Origin: Octopus vulgaris
Taxonomy: Eukaryota
Assembly: GCA_951406725.2 (NCBI GenBank)
Contig: OX597830.1
Location: forward strand, 76,818,001 to 76,882,000
Direction of reading: 5' to 3'
DNA: 64,000 nt
Part shown: piece by piece, positions 1-11,840 of the stretch
Layout of the letters: each line of letters begins with the position of its first letter
Numbering within the stretch: position 1 is the first letter of the stretch
Notes under the pieces: model-generated
Told to the model about the DNA's origin: nothing
The model's input: the letters and a program-made list of their open reading frames with translations, nothing else
Databases searched by the model: none
Translations under genes and position numbers: made by a program

Positions 1-138
1 CCACCATCCCTGCCGGAGCCTCGTGGAGCTTTAGGTGTTTTCGCTCAATAAACACTCACAACGCCCGGTCTGGGAATCGAAACCGCGATCCTATGACCGC
101 GAGACCGCTGCCCTAACCACTGGGCCATTGCGCCTCCA
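1..138 (-). mobile_element. tRNA-headed SINE family C, 5' part (runs off window start)
   Basis: Reverse complement of GGAGGCGCAATGGCCCAGTGGTTAGGGCAGCGG...GGTTTCGATTCCC (A-box and B-box-like); same head at 15113, 28083, 34360-34660 and 47160-47463. Confidence 0.85.
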
Positions 139-289
139 CTCCAAGGTCACTATACCCAAATGACGAGAAATATAATAGAAGACGGTTGGACAAGGCTGTA
201 ATACTTTTGATCATAGGTCTAATGAAGTAGGTTTGACCAGGTGTTAATTAGCAGCAACAGAAAATGAACCAGCAGCAGTGTTAGATGAT

Positions 290-705
290 ATCCGCTATGA
301 GGTCGCTCCACCTGCAAGACATAGCAGCTAAATCACTTCTTAATTTATATATATATATATTACAGTCGTAAGAAATGTTTATCAAGGACTGACTGTTTGG
401 TCAAAGGTGGACCGGCACCAGCTAGAAATAATAGCCAAATCTATTTAATCACATACTACTTTCTTTAAAAATAGAATGGCTGCATAAGATAACGCCGTCC
501 TAGATAGCTGTTCACTTAAGAAATAGAAAAAAAAGAAAGAAATGTCACGGACACGAGAGGTTTGGAGCTTATTTGCTGTAAATCAAAAAGAACAACAAGA
601 ACGAGCAAGCAAAGGGACTTCTATGCGGTCTATAGTCTTCATAAAATAGCAGCCAAATTCCTAAAAATCACACCCAACTGTCTTAAAAGAAGACAGACAC
701 ATTGA
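290..705 (+). repeat. Three degenerate copies of an unclassified dispersed repeat (core ~GCTAGAAATAGCAGCCAAATC...CAC...CTGTCTTAAAAA)
   Basis: Similar motif at ~310-345, ~420-475 and ~640-690; related pieces at ~33795-33820 and ~36655-36705. Confidence 0.5.
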
Positions 706-706
706 C

Positions 707-769
<63 letters not shown>

Positions 770-770
<1 letters not shown>

Positions 771-1120
771 TAGTAGAACAAATCGACCCCAGAATTGTTT
801 TAAGCCTGGTACTTATTCTGTCGGTCTTTTGCTAAACCACTAGGTTACGGGGACATAAATACACCAACACCAGTTGTCACACACACACACACACGCACGC
901 ATATCCCCGCCCATGTGTGTGTGTTTGTGTACGTGTATGCGTGTGTGTGTGTGCGTGTGTGTGTTTGTGTGTATGTATGTATGTATATATACGCCGTGCT
1001 TCTTTCAGTTCCTATCTACTAAATCCAGTCACAAGGCTTTGGTCGGCCCGAAGCTATAGTAGAAAACATTTCCCCAAGGTGCCATACAGTAGAACTTGAA
1101 CCCAGAAAACCGTGACTGAA
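770..1120 (-). mobile_element. SINE family A, partial, with internal (CA)/(TG) microsatellite
   Basis: Matches the body of the full copy at 1255-1665 (AATCGACCCC...TACTTATTCT...CACAAGGCTTTGGTCGGCCCG). Confidence 0.8.
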
Positions 1121-1254
1121 AAGTTTCTTTATTTCATAAATTGGCTCTGGAAGCCGTTCATAGATGGGACAAACAAACACAGACAAACATAGAGGGTGAA
1201 AAAGTTGCGTATTACGAATTGAAAAGTTTCGAATGATAAAATATAAATGCCATT

Positions 1255-1665
1255 ATTCTTTTACTCTTTTAGTTGTTTCAGCCATTTGACTGTGGCCATG
1301 CTGGAGCACCGCCTTTAGTCGAGCAAATCGACCCCGGGACTTATTCTTTGTAAGCCCAGTACTTATTCTATCGGTCTCTTTTGCCGAACCGCTAAGTGAC
1401 GGGGACATAAACACACCAGCATCAGTTGTCAAGCAATGCTAGGGGAACAAACACAGACACACAAACATACACGCACACATATATACATATATATACATAT
1501 ATACGACGGGCTTCTTCCAGTTTCCGTCTACCAAATCCACTCACAAGGCTTTGGTCGGCCCGAGGCTATAGTAGAAAAAACTTGCCCAAGCTGCCACGCA
1601 GTGGGACTGAACCCGGACCATGAGGTTGGTAAGCAAGCTACTTACCACACAGCCACTCCTGTGCC
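1255..1665 (-). mobile_element. SINE family A, full length (tRNA-like head, internal microsatellite, A-rich tail)
   Basis: Minus strand starts GGCACAGGAGTGGCTGTGTGGTAAG...CCGGGTTCAGTCCC (Pol III A/B-box-like) and ends ...TGAAACAACTAAAAGAGTAAAAGAATA; about 20 related copies in the window. Confidence 0.9.
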
Positions 1666-1749
1666 ATGCTGTTAAAAATTATATATATATTTTTTCTTTT
1701 AAAAGTTTCAATATAAATTTGATGATCAATGCAAATTTTGCAATGTGTG

Positions 1750-2594
1750 ACTGAAGGAAAGGCATCCAACCGCCAAGTTCGAGCCTTTACTTTCCTTCTG
1801 GCCCCACTTACCTGGTTCCAGTCACTCTCAGCTTGTTCACTACTTGCTTCCATCTTTTTGCGAACATATCCTGTGACAGGTATCTCTTCTCCAGTCTGAC
1901 CTTGCTATCAGGGGGTAACTAAAGAAGTTAACAAAACCCTGGCCGGAGACGAAGGTACCTGTCACTATTCCTCCTACACGCGTCTTCCATACTGTTTCTT
2001 TCAGTATGGCTACTAAGCAGAAAAAAGAAGTCTGTACTCTTCCCATCGTTGACAACAGTTGCTCGACAAAAACTACCAGTCCCGATAATTCCGGATGTTC
2101 CAAGAAGGCGTGCAAGACAGTTTCTCTGTCTCGCCCGCACCTCGGGCATGTCGGCGAGACGGCACTTTCATGCCTTGACAGCTTGTCTCGAACAGGCAAA
2201 ACCGAACGGTAGCACTGCCAAGCCAGGGATTTCTGGTAATTATCCAGATACCCCGGCCCGAAAGTTATCCTGAACAGGTTGATTAACTGATTTCCATCGA
2301 AGCCCAAGGTCTCCCCCAGGACATCGTCTGACATAAATTCCACTAACCCGCTATAGAAATCCGCAGTGGAACTCCTGTTGCCGGTATTTCCCGTTCGAGA
2401 GAGTAGCTGGAGTGCCGGCAGGCACTACAATTGCCAATCGCCCCAATCTAGGTCTTCTTTTAATCCATGGACCAATATCCACTAAGGACGTCAACTGTGG
2501 AAGATAGAACCTTACGTGCGGTGACCACACCTGCTCCCCAACCAGGTAAAGCCAGAGGTGCCTCAACTTTAACGCGAATTTTCGCATCTTCAGC
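1750..2594 (-). mobile_element. 5'-truncated, frameshifted Tx1/L1-clade LINE ORF2 C-terminus (zf-RVT region)
   Basis: ORF 2351-2587 gives WLKMRKFALKLRHLWLYL; ORF 1840-2343 gives YQKSLAWQCYRSVLPVRDKL...TCPRCGRDRETVLHAF, the CxxC-x-ETxxH zinc-binding motif of L1/Tx1 elements. Confidence 0.85.
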
Positions 2595-2637
2595 CATTTC
2601 GGTCGGTGTGCTAACGTTTCTGCTAGCTCGCTGCCTT
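2595..2637 (-). mobile_element. Isolated head of SINE family B fused to the 5' end of the Tx1-like fragment
   Basis: Minus strand GGCAGCGAGCTAGCAGAAACGTTAGCACACCGACCGAAATG matches the family B head at 30746. Confidence 0.75.
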
Positions 2638-2784
2638 TGGCTATTATTTCTAGCGAGACCTTCCCTTTATTTTAAAGGCGATAAGACGTTGTTTCAGGAG
2701 AGAACGTTCTGATATTTTTACCACATCGATCGTCCACATTGAAGCTCTCTCGTTGGATCAAAATTTCGCTATTATTACTAAAAG

Positions 2785-2985
2785 AGCTGTTGAACTGGCA
2801 GAATCGTTAGCACCCCTTTACGTTCTGAGTAACGTCTTTACGTTCTGAGTTCAAATTCCACTAAGGTCAACTTTGCCTTTCATCATTTCGATAAAATAAG
2901 TAACAGATATTACTTGGTCTGATATAATCGACCAGCTCCCTGGCCCACAATTTTAGGTCTTGTGCCTATAGTAGAAAGGATTATA
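2785..2985 (+). mobile_element. SINE family B (Meta-domain-like), tail type 2
   Basis: CTGGCAGAATCGTTAGCAC...TTCTGAGTTCAAATTCC...CTTTGCCTTTCATC...TTGTGCCTATAGTAGAAAGGATTA. Confidence 0.75.
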
Positions 2986-3081
2986 ACTGGCAGGTCCCTC
3001 CTTTGAAAACTGTGGTTCTCATCAGGGCTCCATAGGGCACTTAGATGTCCATAAAAGATTTTGTTAAAATTTATGTACAAC

Positions 3082-3583
3082 AGGCGGAGGAGTGGGCGTG
3101 GTAAGTATCTTGCTTACCAAACACATGGTTCCGGGTTCAGCCCACTGCGTGGCACCTTGGGCAACTATTTTCTATTATAACCTCGGGCCGACCAAAGCCC
3201 GTCATATATATATACATATAGGCGCAAGAATGGCTTTATGGTAGGTATGCGTTCAGTCCCACTACATGGCACTTTGGGCAAGTATCTTCTACTTTAGCCT
3301 CAGGCCGACCAAACACTTGTGAGTGGATATGGTAGACGGAAACTGAAAGAAGCCTGTCGTATATATATAAATATATATATATATGTGTGTGTGTGTGTGT
3401 TTGTCCCCCTAACATCACTTGCTGGTGCATTTACGTCCCAGTGACTTAGCGGTTCGGCAAGCAGTCCGATAGAATAAGTGCTGGACTTACAACGAATAAG
3501 TCCTGGGGTCGATTTGCTCGACTAAAGACGGTGCTCCAGCATGACTGTAGTCAAATGACTGAAACAGGTAAAAGAGTAAAGGA

Positions 3584-3585
<2 letters not shown>
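3082..3585 (+). mobile_element. SINE family A: head fragment (3082-3205) followed by a near-full copy (3220-3585)
   Basis: Sequence identity to the 1255-1665 copy. Confidence 0.85.
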
Positions 3586-3678
<93 letters not shown>

Positions 3679-3759
3679 CAGATATAATGTTTTTAATTCT
3701 CAAACGCCTGATAATGCTAAGAAACGTATTTTTCTGCAATGTATGGATAATTTATCCTG

Positions 3760-3819
<60 letters not shown>

Positions 3820-3839
3820 TATCACTATATATATATATA

Positions 3840-4070
3840 TGAAACCATGGCGACTGAAGAAGGGAATTTTCCTTGTGTTATTTGTCCTGTACTCTATTTT
3901 TTTGTTGTTTAAGAAAAATGTCCATTTCCTTGGTTTTGTGTTTATGTTTTCGTTTCTCATTGTGTTCGACGTCTTTTTTATGTCCTGTACCCATATAAGC
4001 GTGTATATATACATGTAGAAGTAGGTACATACATATATGTATGTATATATGCATATGTTTTATTTATTAA
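3840..4070 (+). mobile_element. (TA)n-inserted non-autonomous element P1 (Penelope-like pLTR-derived?)
   Basis: Second copy at 7088-7330; both follow (TA)n and carry GCGACTGAAGAAGGG. Confidence 0.6.
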
Positions 4071-4455
4071 TCTCCCTCTATATAAACGGCAGTTTGTCTG
4101 TGCGTTTTCTGTGTGTCTGTTTTCTCGTACCCTCACTCTGACCACGGCTTTCAACCGATTCTGATGAAACTTGACACACACATAGCCCAATGTCATAATT
4201 CAAAACTAACGCAGCGAAAATTTTGAAAAGTTCCCCCAGTTTTGAAAAAAAATCGATAAATTCGACATGGGGTCGAGAATCAGATACCCAAACCACAGAC
4301 CGTCTAGGGGACGCAACTCCACCTTTTTTAACTCTCAAAAAAAATTTACCATAATTTTTTTTCCATTTTTTTACTATTTTTTGGCTATAACTCTCTAAAA
4401 ATGCTTTATAGTTATTTCCCTTACAAACCTGAGCAACGCCGGGCGATACTGCTAG
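4071..4455 (+). mobile_element. Non-autonomous Helitron/HINE-like element
   Basis: 5' TC after A; subterminal GC hairpin CCTGAGCAACGCCGGG; 3' CTAG before T; no TSD; internal AACCGATTCTGATGAAACTT motif typical of HINE-like elements. Confidence 0.75.
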
Positions 4456-4533
4456 TTTATTATATGACGGAACGCACGTATTCATTTCTATGTAAGATTG
4501 TTCTTGATATATATATATATATAAACAATGAAT

Positions 4534-4539
<6 letters not shown>

Positions 4540-4583
<44 letters not shown>

Positions 4584-4765
4584 TGTGTGTCTGTGTTTGT
4601 CCCCCAACATCGCTTGACAACCGATGCTGGTGTGTTTACGTCCCTGTAACAGACTGATAGAATGAGTACGAGGCTTACAAAAAAAATCCTGGAGTCGATT
4701 TGTTCGATTAAAAGCAGTGCTTCAGTCAAATCAAATGACTGAACGGATAAAAGAATAAAAGAAAT
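4540..4765 (+). mobile_element. SINE family A, 3' half
   Basis: GTCCCCCAACATCGCTTGACAACCGATGCTGGTGTGTTTACGTCCC...TGACTGAAC. Confidence 0.8.
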
Positions 4766-4990
4766 TGGTTAAACTTCTATAATACTCAAAACATTTTCAG
4801 AATTTTTAATACAGTTACGAATAATATTTAATCATAAAAATACAATAGAATATTTCAAAACACCTATGGGGGCCCGGTAGAATTAAATATTTATCAAAGG
4901 TATGCATCGGCAAAAGTTAGCTGAGAAACACTATTTTAAAAGATGTAGTTTGAAACCATATTTGGCTAGCAAGATCTTATTTATTTTAAA

Positions 4991-5380
4991 CTAGCTGTAT
5001 CGCCCGGCGTTGCTCGGGTTTGTTTCGACCCTTTAGAATTGGAAATTTGAAAAGTAAAAATTTTGCATTGTGTAGCTTGTTATTCTCTTAAGTGAACATT
5101 TCTCTGGTTGAAATACACAGAAAAATGGCGACACAGCAGTCAAAAAATCGTAAAAAATAGGGATTTTCTTAGAAAAAAAGCACCTTTTTGATGTAAATAA
5201 TTTTTTGTGTTAAACTGGTCCGATTTGAATTTTATCTACTACGGAAGGAAGAGCAAGCCTTCTTCTATCATACTTTCAATTTTGGTCAACTTGCGCCGCA
5301 GGGTCTCAGAAGAGATAGTGTTAGTTGAAGGCTACTAAACCTGCCATAAACAAACAACTTCAGCTTTATATATAGAGAGA
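4991..5380 (-). mobile_element. Non-autonomous Helitron/HINE-like element, second subfamily
   Basis: Minus strand starts TCTCTCTATATATAAAG and ends CCCGAGCAACGCCGGGCGATACAGCTAG; termini match 4071-4455 but the interior differs. Confidence 0.75.
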
Positions 5381-6019
5381 TAAAATTAGATGTTAGCTGT
5401 TGTTTTGGGAGAAATTTGGTTACTATTTCTAGCATGTAAGTCCATTAGTCCATTAGTCCATTAGTCCACCATGAAGGGATTCCCTTATCGACACAAGATA
5501 CCTTTTATTTATTTATTTACTTATTTATTTATTTTCTGTCTTGGGGGTTTGTTAGTGAGATGTGAGGCAAAGTCCAGTCTCTTGGCTTTGACATGGTTTG
5601 TCCAATCACAAGCAGAGGCTGTTCTAGCGGCTTATATATATCAATGTGGAAGGAGGAGAAGAGGAGAAGGAGGAGAAGAAGAAGAGAAGGCATGTCACAA
5701 GTAGATGCTTGACAGGAGGTGTTCATGATACGCATGTGTGATTGTGTGTGTTAGCTTGCGTGCGTGTGAGTGTGTGCGTGTAAGAGAGCGAGTGAGCAGG
5801 TGTGTGTATGCGTGTGTCTATGCGTGCGGATGACATCCGGAAGTGGGTGGAATCGAATGGAGGTGTATAGGCGTTGTGCATGCGCGTACACAGAAACAAG
5901 CGCAAACACACACATACGCACAAACACACACGCCCGCGACCGCGCACATATGCATACACACACACAGAGAATTACATAGATAGAGATAGGGAGACAGAGA
6001 GAGATTGATAGAAAGAGAG

Positions 6020-6022
6020 ATT

Positions 6023-6067
<45 letters not shown>

Positions 6068-6102
6068 CTAGCCAGCCAGATAGATAGATAGATATATAGA
6101 TG

Positions 6103-6144
<42 letters not shown>

Positions 6145-6190
6145 CAGATAGATAGATGGATGGATTGATAGAAAGATCGATAGATAATTA
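6020..6190. repeat. (GATA)n microsatellite complex
   Basis: Direct tandem repeat. Confidence 0.95.
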
Positions 6191-6246
6191 GATACACAGA
6201 CATGCATTAATACATACGTACACATATACAAACGTAGATACACATG

Positions 6247-6289
<43 letters not shown>

Positions 6290-6297
6290 ACATACAT

Positions 6298-6352
<55 letters not shown>

Positions 6353-6432
6353 TGCATATATATATATATATACACACACATTTCTGTATATGTGTCTGTA
6401 CGTATATCCATATATATGTATAAGCATGTATG

Positions 6433-6469
<37 letters not shown>

Positions 6470-7013
6470 ATGTGTGTGTTCATGTGTGTGTGCTTGTACA
6501 TACACGGTCAGACACAAACATGCCTTTCGATTGTTATGCATCTCTGAGCGTTCAGGATTTTTGAATGTTTTTTGTTATATTGATCTTGTATGAATGTTTT
6601 TTTTTTCTGCAAATTTATCTACCTATCATTCTATATCTCTCTCTCTCTCTCTCTCACACACACGACACACACACAAGCATACACACACAGTCACACATGC
6701 ACACACACATATGCACTAATGAACAGGAGCGAAAGACAGTCTTTTTTTTATCATGGTGCAAATGGGAAATTATAACAGCTTTGTTTTTCTATGAATAATA
6801 GTGTTGAAGATTTGCATTATGGATGTTTAATGTATATGCGGTGAGCAGGCAGAATCATTTATAGGCAAAAATGGTTAGTTGCATTTTGTTCGCCGTCAGG
6901 TTCTTGCACAAATTCCATCGAGATTGATGTAATAGAATTGCACTACCACACCCCACACCCCAAATTGGTGGCATTGTGCCAACATTTTGAAACAACACAA
7001 ATACACACACACA

Positions 7014-7087
<74 letters not shown>

Positions 7088-7090
<3 letters not shown>

Positions 7091-7330
7091 TTCGAAACGT
7101 TTAGTAGATGAAACTTTAGCGACTGAAGAAGGGGATTTTTCGTTGTGCTTATTGTCCTGTATCTCCCCTTTTTTTTGCCTGTCTTGTTCCTTGGTTTGTG
7201 TCTATGTTTTTCGTCTCTCTATGTGTTCGACGTCTTTTTGGTGTCCTGTACACATATATGCGTGTATATGTACATGTAGAGGTAGGTACGTACATATATG
7301 TTTATATATATGCATATATTTTATTAACAT
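7088..7330 (+). mobile_element. (TA)n-inserted non-autonomous element P1, copy 2
   Basis: CCTTCGAAACGT...GCGACTGAAGAAGGGG...; homologous to 3840-4070; (TA)n on both sides. Confidence 0.6.
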
Positions 7331-7367
7331 ATATATATATATATATATATATATAAGCGTGTGTGTG

Positions 7368-7402
<35 letters not shown>

Positions 7403-7429
7403 CGTGTGTGTGTATATATATATATATAT

Positions 7430-7645
7430 AAGCCATGTTGGTTCGTTAGCCCCTACACGCAATTTTTTCTCTCTTTTTTTCTCTCCTTGTTTCACTCCGT
7501 GTTTCTTTTTCTGTGTATCTTTCTGTCGAAGAGCGTAGGCTCGAAACGTAAATGACTTGTTTTATTTCTATTCCTGAGCGCCATACTTTATTTGTTTGTA
7601 CTCCACCTGCCTTCGTCTTTTGTTTATTTTCGTAAACCTTCCTAT
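7430..7645 (+). mobile_element. (TA)n-inserted non-autonomous element P2 carrying a hammerhead-like motif
   Basis: Homologous copies at 14055-14200 (-) and 35829-36005 (-); TA repeats on both sides. Confidence 0.7.
7518..7555 (+). ncRNA. Putative minimal type I hammerhead ribozyme (variant core CUGUCGA)
   Basis: TCTTT-CTGTCGA-A-GAGC gtag GCTC-GAA-ACGT-A-AATGA: stem I, core, 4-bp stem II, GAAA, palindromic stem III, GUA triplet. Confidence 0.45.
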
Positions 7646-7720
7646 ATATATGGCCACAACTCAAGAGCTGAAACTGGAAAACATAAAACATAAACAAACA
7701 TATATATATATATATATATA

Positions 7721-7776
7721 CTGTTCCGTTGGTCGGATCTACTGGAACCATCATCGTCGTAACCGACGGAGTGCCA
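7721..7776 (-). repeat. Fragment of an unclassified dispersed repeat (family E)
   Basis: Minus strand GGCACTCCGTCGGTTACGACGATGATGGTTCCAGTAGATCCGACCAACGGAAC is homologous to 63245-63290. Confidence 0.6.
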
Positions 7777-7789
7777 ACAATGTAACATT

Positions 7790-8006
7790 ATTGACCGAGG
7801 TTACCGTGGTCTTTTCCGTAGGCTTTTCTCTCCACGGATAAACCTTATCTGCTTCCCCCTTTACACTTTACATCATGAAATTTCTGTGATACACGATCCC
7901 TATTGATCGAAAACCTACCCCACCCTTTTTTTCTCCCCAAAAAGAAAAGCTCTACTTTGTAATCTCTCCCGTCTGTGTGCAGCCCTGTGTGGCTAATAAA
8001 AAAGCG
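7790..8006 (+). mobile_element. Probable LINE 3' UTR fragment
   Basis: Second copy at 25352-25505 (-); ends CTGTGTGCAGCCCTGTGTGGCTAATAAA followed by simple repeat. Confidence 0.55.
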
Positions 8007-8217
8007 TATATATATATATATATATATATTCTAGCGAGGTATAAACAGTAGCCGCACGACATCGTGAAGTATATTTGCCACCTAAATGCCCTTAAGGATG
8101 GATGCTATTGTAGCTTGTCACCCCAGGAAGACATCTCCTCCACCTGGCTATTGACACAGTATCTGTGTCCTATCAGTGTTTGCAAAGGGACGTCATCGTT
8201 CCCCTCTCCAAAATACA

Positions 8218-8272
<55 letters not shown>

Positions 8273-8644
8273 GATAGTACAAGCAACAGAAATAGAATCG
8301 GAGCATGAATAAGCCAGAAATGTATCTAGCGGTCCAATAGAGTGCGCTACTGAGCTGATAATGGTGAATCTACATCTTCAGCTATAAACGAGATAAAAAC
8401 AGTGAAATTGCTATTAGAAGATATAATTTGACACAGGCATACTTAAACTAGCCAAAAGTATGTTACGTTTTTACTCGGCAGAAGTTACAAAGAAACTCAA
8501 GGGCCCAGAGTTTCGTTCATGGCACGCAAGAAACTTCTGGAAAAATTTTGATGTAGTTTGTTACGTGCTGGAAACTCTCGGACCTCGACTTACTCTGTGA
8601 CTTTTGTCGATTAGAAATTATATATGTGCGCATGCGCGAGTATA

Positions 8645-9085
8645 TATTCTTTTATTCTTTTAATTGTTTCAGTCATTTGACTGCGGCTATGCTGGAGCAC
8701 CGCCTTAAAAGGTTTTAGTCTACAAATCGATCCCCAAGACTTATTCTTTGTAAGCTTAGTACTTATTCTATTGGTCTATTTGCTGAACCGCTAACTTATG
8801 GAGACATAAGCACACCAGCATCGATTGTATAGCAATGGCTGTGGGACAAACACAGACAAGCAGACACACACGCACACGTACACACAAACATACACACACA
8901 CGCAGACACACATATGTATATATGTATGAGGGCTTCTTTCAGTTCCCATCTACCAAATCCATTTACAAGGCTTTGGTTAGCCCAAGGTTATCGTAGAAGA
9001 TTCTTGCTCAAGGTACCATTCAGTGGGACTGAACCCAGAACCATGTGTCTGGGAAGCAAGCGTCTTACCACACAGCCACGCCTTC
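8645..9085 (-). mobile_element. SINE family A, near full length
   Basis: Identity to the 1255-1665 copy. Confidence 0.85.
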
Positions 9086-9139
9086 GATTTGTACGCACGC
9101 ATATATACGCTAGAGCAATGAGTGGATTGATCGATCACT

Positions 9140-10259
<1,120 letters not shown>

Positions 10260-10260
<1 letters not shown>

Positions 10261-10580
10261 GGCGCAGGTGTAGCTGTGTGGTATGAAACTTGCTTCACAA
10301 CCACATGGTTCTAGGCTCAGTCTCACCGGGCAAGTGTTTTCTACTATATCCTCGGACCGACCAAAACCCAGTGAGTGGATTTGGTAAACAGAAACTGAAA
10401 GTAGCCCGTTATGAATGTGTGTGTGTGTGTGTGTGTGTCTCCTCGTGTCCGTGTTTGTCTTCTACCACCGCTTGACAACCGTTGCTGGTGTGTTTACTAA
10501 GCATTTCCTCAAAAGAGAATGCTAGAATAAGTACTACTGGGGTAGATTCATTCTACTAAAAAGTTCTCGAAGACGGTGTC
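10260..10580 (+). mobile_element. SINE family A, degenerate
   Basis: GGCGCAGGTGTAGCTGTGTGG head and body match. Confidence 0.8.
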
Positions 10581-11059
10581 TCAACTTAAACTACTAAATA
10601 TTGTTAAACGCAACCTTGCAAATGCAATGTACATAAGCTATTCACTTTAAATACAACGAACAACCGGCAGTGAGACTGCTTTTAGCAGATCTCCAAATGG
10701 GGCTCATGGCAAGCAATGGCTTAAGTAGATTTTTGGCCATTATTGGCTCAGACTATGTATCACTTCAGAACATCATTTTACATAAGTCTTTTAAGTCATA
10801 ATTTGGGACATATACCCAACTCTAGCCTGCAGTTGTTGTTTAAATGGAATGTATCCTGGTATTTAGTATTCCTTGCGGGAATTTTTCAAGGTAGTGTTTG
10901 AATATAATGAAGTATTTTTATCTTTATTGATTCCCTTCGAGATGAGGTGGAACGGTGCGGGGCCAGTTAAAGTATAATTTTGTTCGGAGCCTACAACCGA
11001 AAGATTAAAATTCTTATGACGTCAACAGTTTCTTTACTCATGTATTTAATTTATTTTAC

Positions 11060-11293
11060 TCTGTTCTTTTACTCTTTTACTCTTTTCCCTGTTTCAGTCA
11101 TTTGACTGTGGCCATGCTGGAGCACCGCCTTTAGTCCGAGCAAATTGCCCCCCCAGGACTTATTCTTTGTAAGTCTAGTATTTATTCTATCGGTCTCTTT
11201 CGCCTAACCGCTAAGTTACAGGGACGTAAACACACCAGCATCGGTTGTCAAGCGATGTTGGGGGGACAAACACAGACACAAAAACATATACAC

Positions 11294-11391
<98 letters not shown>

Positions 11392-11796
11392 GAGTAAATA
11401 ATTTCTATAAAGGTTTTTAAGAAAACCCCAATTATTTACTGGTAGGATTCGGTATGTAAATATAGCCGATTACCGGCAGGAACTTCTGTAAAGTTCAGTA
11501 TATATACTGTATATAAGAAGAAGGGACAGGCAAAACAGGTTGCTTGACCGCATACCGAAAAAAATAGAAATAGCAGTCAAGAATGCTTATTTCTATCAAA
11601 GTTGGACTCCGGGCATGACAGACCCTGTAATTCACATATGCAAAACAGAAGGAATAGATAACGAATACGAAGTCTGGCGGTTATCTGTGAACATCATGTT
11701 TCTGGATTATAAACATATTGAATATATATTCCATATATTTTTTTCATATATTCCATATATATTCCATCAAGCAACCTGTTTTGCCTGTCCCTTCTT

Positions 11797-11840
<44 letters not shown>

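Noticed and set aside
10580-11040. Repeat-free island as a possible exon
   Set aside because: No ORF of 60 aa or more in the track, no recognisable motif in the frames I read, and no convincing splice-site pair.
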